Assembly: GCA_938003925.1 (NCBI GenBank)
Contig: CALKWQ010000022.1
Coordinates: 90,278-154,277, forward strand
Length of the DNA: 64,000 nucleotides
Direction of reading: 5' to 3'
Source of the DNA: an uncultured bacterium
GTDB taxonomy: Bacteria > Patescibacteriota > Patescibacteriia > Patescibacteriales > UBA12465
Positions 16,118 to 23,113 of the stretch are shown here, one piece after another. The stretch's first letter is position 1; each line of letters opens with the position of its first letter. The notes under the pieces are model-generated. The model searched no databases. It saw only the letters and a program-made list of their open reading frames with translations, and had not been told where the DNA came from. The translations under genes were made by a program, and so were the position numbers.

Positions 16118-18178
16118 CTAACAGGTAGAACAGCGCTCTGCTTGCATATCAGCACTAGTAAACCCCATCTCTTCGTCACATTTAGGGCAATATTTGTGCT
16201 CACCCGCCAGATAACCATGCTTGGGACAAATGGAAAAGGTCGGAGTAATCGTGAAATAGGGTAACCTATAGTTGTTAATAATCCTCTGGGCTAATTTCTT
16301 AGCAGCTTCACCATCTGGCAAACGCTCTCCCAAATATCCATGTAAAACTGTGCCACCAGTATATTTTATCTGTAAATCATCTTGTAAGTCTAAGGCGGTA
16401 AAAATATCATCAGAAAAACCAACTGGCAAATGAGTAGAATTGGTATAATAAGGAGCAGCTCCAGCTTTAACCGCCTCAGTATTAGCAAAAATCATATCTG
16501 GATAAAGCTCTAAATCTTTTTTAGCAAAACGATAAGTAGCTCCTTCACCGGGGGTAGCTTCTAAGTTGTAAAGGTTATTAGTCTCGTTCTGGTAATCCAT
16601 CAAACGCTCACGCATGGCGTTCATTACTTCAATTGCAAAAGCATGTCCTTCGGGAGTAGAAATATCTTTGCCCAACAAATTCAGTAAAGCCTCGTTCATA
16701 CCATTAATACCAATAGTATTAAAATGGTTCTGCCAGTAAGTGCCAAAACGTGCTTTAATATCAGACAAATAATGACAAGAATAGGGGTACAAACCATCTT
16801 CCGAAAATTTCTCAATAATCTTACGCTTAATCTCTAAGCTATCCTTGGCAACAGCCATTAACCTATACACCTGCTCAATAAACTCTTCTTTGGTTTTAGT
16901 ATTGTGACCAATACGAGCTAGATTTAAAGTAACCACACCCAAGCTGCCAGTTAAGGGATTAGCGCCAAAGAGACCGCCACCACGTTTTCTTAATTCACGA
17001 TTATCCAATCTTAAGCGACAACACATTGAACGAGCATCATCGCGATCCATGTCGGAATTTACAAAATTGGAGAAATAAGGAATGCCATATTTAGCCGTCA
17101 TCGCCCAAACTGGCTCCAAACATTCACGATCCCAATCAAAGGACTTATCAATCATATACGTAGGAATCGGAAAGCCGAAAACGCGGCCAGTGGAGTCACC
17201 TTCTAACATTACTTCCGCAAAAGCCTTATTGAACATATCCATTTCGGCCTGGAAATCTTTATACTTCTCGGGCATCAGCTGACCACCAATTACAACATTT
17301 TCCTCGCCTACCAGCTTAGAAGGAGTAACATCCATCGTAACATTAGTAAATGGCGTTTGAAAGCCAACACGAGTAGGCACATTGATATTAAACATGAACT
17401 CTTGTAAACCCTGTTTTACTTCTTTATAACTTAAATTATCATAACGGATAAAAGGGGCGAGGTAGGTATCGAAATTAGCGAAAGCCTGGGCGCCAGCCGC
17501 TTCTCCTTGCATAGTGTAAAAGAAATTAACAATCTGGCCCAAAGCGCTGCGAAAATGTTTAGGTGGTTTACTCTGCACTTTTTCCGGTACACCGCCGAAG
17601 CCTCTAATCAATAAATCTTTTAAATCCCATCCGCAACAATAGGGGGCTAATAAACCTAAATCATGAATATGTAAATCTCCATTCACATGAGCGTCGCGTA
17701 TAGCCTGGGGATAAAGCTTGTTCAACCAATAGCGAGCAGAAATCGCAGAAGCAATATAATTATTTAAACCTTGTACCGAAAAGCTCATGTTGCTATTCTC
17801 TTTCAAGCGCCAATCAGCTCTGCCTAAATAATCTTCCATTAACTTTTCGTCAGAAGTTGCTTTATTCAACTCGCGTAATTGACGATGCTGATCGCGATAC
17901 AAGATATAAGCTTTAGCGGTTTTAATTTGTTTATGTTCAATTAAGACTTCTTCCACTAAATCCTGAATTTCCTCAACTGCCGGGATGCTATTCTTATGAA
18001 ATTTCTTAGCAATTTTAGCTACCACTTCATCACTCAGTTGCTGAGCTAACGTCTCATCGTCAATTTCTACTGACAGAGCCGCTTTATAAATTGCCTGGGT
18101 AATTTTTGACTGGCTGAAGTCAACGATGTCGCCGGAGCGTTTCCGGAGTTGGGTAATGATTTCGAGCATGGGTTTCAA
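16118..18178 (-). CDS. nrdD: anaerobic ribonucleoside-triphosphate reductase (class III), lacking its glycyl-radical C-terminus
   Basis: N-terminal ATP-cone (RKRSGDIVDFSQSKITQAIYKA), a core conserved throughout, and the Zn site ICPKHGYLAGEHKYCPKC. It ends ...DEEMGFTSADMQAERCSTC* without an RxxGY motif. The track start at 18178 is TTG; an ATG lies at 18169. Confidence 0.9.
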   Translation of the reverse strand: MKPMLEIITQLRKRSGDIVDFSQSKITQAIYKAALSVEIDDETLAQQLSDEVVAKIAKKFHKNSIPAVEEIQDLVEEVLIEHKQIKTAKAYILYRDQHRQLRELNKATSDEKLMEDYLGRADWRLKENSNMSFSVQGLNNYIASAISARYWLNKLYPQAIRDAHVNGDLHIHDLGLLAPYCCGWDLKDLLIRGFGGVPEKVQSKPPKHFRSALGQIVNFFYTMQGEAAGAQAFANFDTYLAPFIRYDNLSYKEVKQGLQEFMFNINVPTRVGFQTPFTNVTMDVTPSKLVGEENVVIGGQLMPEKYKDFQAEMDMFNKAFAEVMLEGDSTGRVFGFPIPTYMIDKSFDWDRECLEPVWAMTAKYGIPYFSNFVNSDMDRDDARSMCCRLRLDNRELRKRGGGLFGANPLTGSLGVVTLNLARIGHNTKTKEEFIEQVYRLMAVAKDSLEIKRKIIEKFSEDGLYPYSCHYLSDIKARFGTYWQNHFNTIGINGMNEALLNLLGKDISTPEGHAFAIEVMNAMRERLMDYQNETNNLYNLEATPGEGATYRFAKKDLELYPDMIFANTEAVKAGAAPYYTNSTHLPVGFSDDIFTALDLQDDLQIKYTGGTVLHGYLGERLPDGEAAKKLAQRIINNYRLPYFTITPTFSICPKHGYLAGEHKYCPKCDEEMGFTSADMQAERCSTC

Positions 18179-18258
18179 AACGATCGCGAGATTGAAGAGC
18201 TAAAACTAGCCTCCAGGTTTTTAAATCTTAAACCGCGCCATCGCCGCAATATATTAAT

Positions 18259-18717
18259 TTATTTTTTGTCCTTAATTAACTTATTCAACTCACGCCTGAA
18301 CTCATTTGCGTCTTTGAAAGATTCATAAACGGAAGCATAACGGATATAAGCAACGGGGTCGGTTTTCTTCAAATGTTTCATCACCATTTGACCTACTTGA
18401 AGAGAAGTAATCTCATTCTGCCTTAATTTCTGCAAGTCCCTCTCAATACCGTGAACAATTTGCTTAAATTTATCCTCTGTAATGGGCCTCTTTTCCAAAG
18501 ACTTACGCAAACCGCTAACTAATTTCTCCCGACTATAGGATTCGCGTCGACCGTCACGCTTTACAATCATTAAGTCTAAAATTTCTATTTCTTCATAGGT
18601 GGAAAAACGAAAATTACACTTTAAGCATTCACGGCGGCGGCGGATAGAAAGGCCATCGGGAGCCACTCGAGAATCTACTACTTTAGTATCATTATAATAA
18701 CAGACCGGACATTTCAT
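18259..18717 (-). CDS. nrdR: transcriptional repressor NrdR
   Basis: MKCPVCYYNDTKVVDSR...CLKC zinc ribbon plus an ATP-cone. 152 aa. Confidence 0.95.
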   Translation of the reverse strand: MKCPVCYYNDTKVVDSRVAPDGLSIRRRRECLKCNFRFSTYEEIEILDLMIVKRDGRRESYSREKLVSGLRKSLEKRPITEDKFKQIVHGIERDLQKLRQNEITSLQVGQMVMKHLKKTDPVAYIRYASVYESFKDANEFRRELNKLIKDKK

Positions 18718-18732
18718 AAAAAAGCTTTAAAA

Positions 18733-18778
18733 CCTATATTTTGTGGGTATTTTCACTCACTAACCACTAAATATTGTG
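18733..18778 (-). promoter_or_regulatory. tandem NrdR boxes
   Basis: On the minus strand, tCACAATATTTAGTGg (18765..18778) and CCACAAAATATAGG (18733..18746), compared with the consensus acaCwAtATaTwGtgt. Centres are 32 bp apart, between the -10 box and the nrdR ATG. Confidence 0.6.
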
Positions 18779-18787
18779 ATTATCTCT

Positions 18788-18816
18788 ATTATAGCAGAAT
18801 ACCAAACCATGGTCAA
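18788..18816 (-). promoter_or_regulatory. sigma-70-type promoter of the nrdR-nrdD-nrdG operon
   Basis: Minus strand TTGACC (18816..18811), a 17-nt spacer, then TATAAT (18793..18788). Confidence 0.6.
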
Positions 18817-18889
18817 AATCAGCCAATATTCAGATAAAAAACTAATAAATCGAGGCCTCTAAAGTTTGCCTGTGGATAATTATGACTAC

Positions 18890-18917
18890 TAAAAACTCCG
18901 CCTTAGAGATAGGCGGA
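18890..18917 (-). terminator. intrinsic terminator after the GT2 gene
   Basis: CTCCGCC / GGCGGAG 7-bp stem with a 9-nt loop. The minus strand reads ggcggagtttttag. Confidence 0.65.
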
Positions 18918-18948
18918 GCAAAATCTAACTTGGAGCACTAAAAATTAA

Positions 18949-19665
18949 CTAAAAACGAGTTCTTAAGCGCATAATTTCACGTAAAAAAACCCAACCTTCA
19001 CGCCAGACCTTAATTTTACTCCGACGGTGACTATACCTGTTTTCTGACCAATTAACCGGGATCTCGCACAAACGATACGCTTGACGGTGAGCAAGATAGA
19101 TTAATTCTGTATCAAAAAACCATGCCCGGTTTAAGATTAGAGGAGAAATTGTTCGCCAAGCTGGAGCGGTGATGGCTTTAAAACCGCACTGTAAATCAGA
19201 AAAGTGATGACGCAGTAAATAGCGAGATAGATATAAATAGGCTTGTGAGCTAGACTCCCGTAACCAAGAACGGTTTTTTAACGAAGTCGGCAGCATTCTA
19301 GAGCCAAAGCTTAAATCAGCCTCCCCTGCTAAAATAGGTGATAATAAACTCGGTAAATCTTTTAAATCAACCGCTAGATCGATGTCCATATATACCAATA
19401 TATCAGCGTCGCTAGCATCAAAATAACTTTTAATAGCCAGACCTTTGCCGGCTTCTAAAACAACAAAACAGACTGCTTGTGGTCTGTTTTGATTAACGAA
19501 GTCTTGAACTAAATCACAAAAATCCTGAGTTGAGCCGTTGACAATAAACACTAGACGCCAACTATGAACCAAATTTAAAGCCTGTAAAAACTGCCAAGTT
19601 CTAGCAGCGTTAGCAGGAAAAATAACGTCTTCATTATAAACAGGTATACAAAAATCGATTTTCAT
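18949..19665 (-). CDS. family-2 glycosyltransferase (polyprenol-phosphate glycosyltransferase-like)
   Basis: MKIDFCIPVYNED N-terminus and a YMDIDLAVD (DxD) motif. It is ~238 aa with no TM region. Confidence 0.7.
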   Translation of the reverse strand: MKIDFCIPVYNEDVIFPANAARTWQFLQALNLVHSWRLVFIVNGSTQDFCDLVQDFVNQNRPQAVCFVVLEAGKGLAIKSYFDASDADILVYMDIDLAVDLKDLPSLLSPILAGEADLSFGSRMLPTSLKNRSWLRESSSQAYLYLSRYLLRHHFSDLQCGFKAITAPAWRTISPLILNRAWFFDTELIYLAHRQAYRLCEIPVNWSENRYSHRRSKIKVWREGWVFLREIMRLRTRF

Positions 19666-19689
19666 GGCCGTAACTGCAAGAGTAACGAA

Positions 19690-20889
19690 TTAATTACCCA
19701 TTTTTTTCCGAATAAACGCAGGAACGCTTAAATCATCCTCTTCTTCCAACTCCAATTCTGGCGCTTTTTCAACGCGCTTCTCTACTAAGGGTTTAAGAGG
19801 AATATTCTTGATAGTCTGAACTTTAGCTTTTTTGTCTCCCCATAAAGCAGAAGCAGGGCCACTATCCTTCTCATTTTCGCTCTCAATAAAAGGATTTGGA
19901 GTATAGCTCTTTAGTTCAGTTTTAACACCTTTACTCTTGCCATCAAATCCAGTAGCAACTACGGTGATTTTAATCTGGTCTTTCATCTTCTCATCAATCA
20001 CGGCACCAAAAATAATCTTGGCATCTTCATCAGCTGCGGAGGTAATTACTTTAGCTGCGTCACTGACCTCATTCATACTTAAATCCGGTCCACCAGTAAT
20101 GGTAAAGACGATGCCACGAGCACCATCGATAGACATATCTAATAAATTAGAGTTGATAGCAGCTTTAGCCGCCTCAATCGCCTTATTCTCGCCACTAGCC
20201 TGACCAATACCCATTAAAGCGGAACCGGCGTTAGCCATAACTGCCTTCACGTCGGCAAAGTCAGCATTAATAACACCAGGCACCGTGATAATCTCAGCAA
20301 TACCTTGGACACCTTGACGCAGAACGTCATCAGCGATGGCAAAAGCCTCTAACAAAGAAGTGCGTTTATCGATAACTTGTAATAACTTATCATTGGAAAT
20401 GGTAATAATTGTGTCCACCTTATCGGCTAAATCAGCGAAGGCTCTGTCGGCAATATTCTTACGCTGTCCGCCCTCAAAAATAAAAGGTTTAGTCACAACA
20501 GCTACGGTTAATGCTCCTAAATCGCGCGCCACTTGAGCTACGATTGGAGAGGCTCCGGAACCAGTGCCGCCACCCAAGCCGCAAGTGACAAATACCATGT
20601 CGCACCCCTTTAAAGCTTCTCTAATTTCATTCTGAGACTCCTCGGCTGCACCTTTGCCTAAGTCTGGGTTCATGCCCGCGCCTAAGCCACGGGTGACTGT
20701 TTTGCCGATATGAATCTTCTCGCCCGCTTTATTGTAATGCAAAGCTTGAATATCAGTATTGATGGCCACGAACTCTACGCCTTTAATGCCGTTTTCAATC
20801 ATACGGTTAATAGCGCTACCGCCGCCGCCGCCAACACCGACGACTTTTATCTTCGCAAAAGTTTCAATTTCTGGTTTTACTTCCGCCAT
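19690..20889 (-). CDS. ftsZ: cell division GTPase FtsZ
   Basis: GVGGGGGSAINRM and the GGGTGSGASP tubulin signature, plus the C-terminal DDLSVPAFIRKK peptide. Confidence 0.97.
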   Translation of the reverse strand: MAEVKPEIETFAKIKVVGVGGGGGSAINRMIENGIKGVEFVAINTDIQALHYNKAGEKIHIGKTVTRGLGAGMNPDLGKGAAEESQNEIREALKGCDMVFVTCGLGGGTGSGASPIVAQVARDLGALTVAVVTKPFIFEGGQRKNIADRAFADLADKVDTIITISNDKLLQVIDKRTSLLEAFAIADDVLRQGVQGIAEIITVPGVINADFADVKAVMANAGSALMGIGQASGENKAIEAAKAAINSNLLDMSIDGARGIVFTITGGPDLSMNEVSDAAKVITSAADEDAKIIFGAVIDEKMKDQIKITVVATGFDGKSKGVKTELKSYTPNPFIESENEKDSGPASALWGDKKAKVQTIKNIPLKPLVEKRVEKAPELELEEEDDLSVPAFIRKKMGN

Positions 20890-20947
20890 AGGTCTGGCTG
20901 AATTGCCGTTTACTAATTCCCTAGAAAACGACTACTCTACATTTAAT

Positions 20948-22204
20948 TTATCTTGGAATAATTTTTTGAAAAATATTCTTGGCCTTACCAAAAATATTAC
21001 CGATATTCTTCTGAAAATTACCGGCGCTTTGACTGGGATAAGCATTAGCGCCCCAAATAACCAAGCCTAGTGCTGGTAAAAATTCTGGGGTGCGAACCTT
21101 ATCAATAACCACGCTGATATTTTTAGATTGACCGAGAGCCGCTGGCAGACGCAACTTGCGTTTAGCCGCTTCAATCATGCCATCCAATTGGGAGCCGGCA
21201 CCGGTAAAAACTATACCGGCCGGCAACATGCCAGAGCGATCAATCTTCTTTAACTCCTTATCTACCTTATCAAATATTTCTTCCACCCGAGCTTCAATGA
21301 TTTCCGCAATATATTTTCTGGAAACTAAGCTAATGTCATCATTAACATCTTCTTCTTTAACTAAACGAGTTACATCAACCTCATCGCCCTCAGTAAAAGC
21401 ATCTGGATTAGCGCTGCCAAATTCCAACTTAATCCTTTCCGCTAAATTAATAGGACAACGCAAACCTAAAGCAATATCATTAGTAATATACTCTGAACCA
21501 ACTGGCAAAACAGCCGCGTGTAGAAGATTGCGCTCCTCATAAACAGCCAAAGAAGTAGTTGAGGAACCGATATTAACTAGAGCCACGCCTAACTCTTTCT
21601 GCTTTGGGGTTAACACCGCCTCCGCTGCAGCCAAAGGAGAAATTACTAAGTCTTCAATTTCTAAACCAGTGCGAAAAATTGCTTTGGTCAGATTTTTTGT
21701 CTGCGTGCTTAAACCTTGAATAATTAAAGCTTCCACTTCCAAACGAATACCACTCATACCGATAGGATCTTTGATGTCGGTTTGATTATCTACACTGAAC
21801 TTAATCGGCATGACGTGTAAAATCTCGTAATTTACCGGCACCGCCAAAGCGCGCGCGGCTTCAATAGCCCGATTAACATCGGCTTCGCTGATTTCACCAT
21901 CACTTTTACTGACAGCTACTACGCCTTTGCTACGTTCACATTTAACATTAGGATCATTAATGCCGACCCAAACACTAGAGATTGGCACTCCCACAATTCT
22001 TTCAGCTTTTTCGAGACACGCTGAAATTGAGGAAGTTGTTTCCTCAATACTGTTTACCACCCCCTTGCTCACACCTGCAGTAGGCGAAGAGACGGCGCCA
22101 ATAATTTGAATTTCCTCCCCAGTCGGGCCAGAAATTTTCTGTCCGATTACTAAACGGACAGCCGTGGAACCAATGTCTAAACCAGCGATAATGTCATCTT
22201 TCAT
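20948..22204 (-). CDS. ftsA: cell division protein FtsA
   Basis: Actin-fold motifs GLDIGSTAVRLVIG, VNIGSSTTSLAVY and GIVFTGAGSQLDG. It lies upstream of ftsZ. Confidence 0.93.
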   Translation of the reverse strand: MKDDIIAGLDIGSTAVRLVIGQKISGPTGEEIQIIGAVSSPTAGVSKGVVNSIEETTSSISACLEKAERIVGVPISSVWVGINDPNVKCERSKGVVAVSKSDGEISEADVNRAIEAARALAVPVNYEILHVMPIKFSVDNQTDIKDPIGMSGIRLEVEALIIQGLSTQTKNLTKAIFRTGLEIEDLVISPLAAAEAVLTPKQKELGVALVNIGSSTTSLAVYEERNLLHAAVLPVGSEYITNDIALGLRCPINLAERIKLEFGSANPDAFTEGDEVDVTRLVKEEDVNDDISLVSRKYIAEIIEARVEEIFDKVDKELKKIDRSGMLPAGIVFTGAGSQLDGMIEAAKRKLRLPAALGQSKNISVVIDKVRTPEFLPALGLVIWGANAYPSQSAGNFQKNIGNIFGKAKNIFQKIIPR

Positions 22205-22276
22205 AAAATAATGAAAACAGCCTAAAGGTCTTATCTACAAAAACAGCCCTTAAGCAATTTAAGCCATACTTATTTC

Positions 22277-22305
22277 ATTATAATAAATTTTTGAAATATT
22301 AACAA
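22277..22305 (-). promoter_or_regulatory. candidate ftsAZ promoter
   Basis: Minus strand TTGTTA-17 nt-TATAAT, in the 101-nt gap between pilD and ftsA. Confidence 0.4.
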
Positions 22306-23109
22306 CTAGAACAGGCCCCAATAATAAGCTAGCAGCTCGGGCCCCCAGGATAAAGCTAAGATAGCGCCCAGCGCTAAGAAAACGCCCAGTGGTAATTTTG
22401 AGCCCCAAGACTTACGACCAGCCGCAATTAAACCTAAGCCCACAATCGTGCCCATAATATAAGCTGAAAAAATGGCTACAATTAACAAATCTAGCTGAGG
22501 AAACAAGGCTCCCAGTAACAAACCCAGCCAAATATCCCCCTCCCCGAGACCACGACCTCGCGTCAAAACAAATTGAATCCCAAAAAAAGCAACAGCTATA
22601 GCCATAGTCATCAGCAGCGACCACCACAGAGCTCCTAAGATTAAGTTAAGCAACACAAACAGAATAACAGCGGGGATGACAACTAAATTAGAAACCAGAT
22701 AAAATCTAGCATCAAAAACAAAAATAACCATGAAGACTGCCACCGCTAACCAATCGCGCATTAAAGAGACCCAAAACATCGGTTCCCCTACTAACATTAA
22801 AAGCGCTTCTGGTGTTAACCAATTAAAACTCAGATGTTGCCAGAAAAAAAACACAAACCATAACCCTGTAATTAACTCTACAGCCGGATATTGCCAAGCA
22901 ATCCGCCGATGGCATGACCGACAACGAGCACCTAACAAGACATAGCTGAGCAAGGGAATGTTATCATACCAAGCGATTTGCGACCCGCATAAAGGACAAT
23001 AAGATCTGCCGCCAACTTTCTCTTGGCGATACAAGCGCCAAACCAAACAATTAACAAAGCTGCCAACCGATAAACCCAATAGACTAACAATAATTAATGG
23101 TAATAACAT
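22306..23109 (-). CDS. pilD: prepilin peptidase (A24 family, PilD-like)
   Basis: CPLCGSQIAWYDNIPLLSYVLLGARCRSCHRRIAWQYPAVEL Zn-finger region, with GEGDIWLG and polytopic TM helices. The track TTG start at 23124 is replaced by the ATG at 23109. Confidence 0.88.
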   Translation of the reverse strand: MLLPLIIVSLLGLSVGSFVNCLVWRLYRQEKVGGRSYCPLCGSQIAWYDNIPLLSYVLLGARCRSCHRRIAWQYPAVELITGLWFVFFFWQHLSFNWLTPEALLMLVGEPMFWVSLMRDWLAVAVFMVIFVFDARFYLVSNLVVIPAVILFVLLNLILGALWWSLLMTMAIAVAFFGIQFVLTRGRGLGEGDIWLGLLLGALFPQLDLLIVAIFSAYIMGTIVGLGLIAAGRKSWGSKLPLGVFLALGAILALSWGPELLAYYWGLF

Positions 23110-23113
23110 AAAT

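Noticed and set aside
16015-16168. Group I or group II intron interrupting nrdD (by analogy with T4 sunY)
   Set aside because: The candidate intervening sequence is only ~100-165 nt, well below the size of known self-splicing introns. I could not identify conserved catalytic-core pairings. It remains only an alternative to test within the split-nrdD finding.
18241-18262. AATATATT core resembling the centre of an NrdR box just upstream of nrdD
   Set aside because: The flanks lack the CAC/GTG arms, and the site overlaps the 3' end and stop codon of nrdR. It is most likely ordinary AT-rich sequence.
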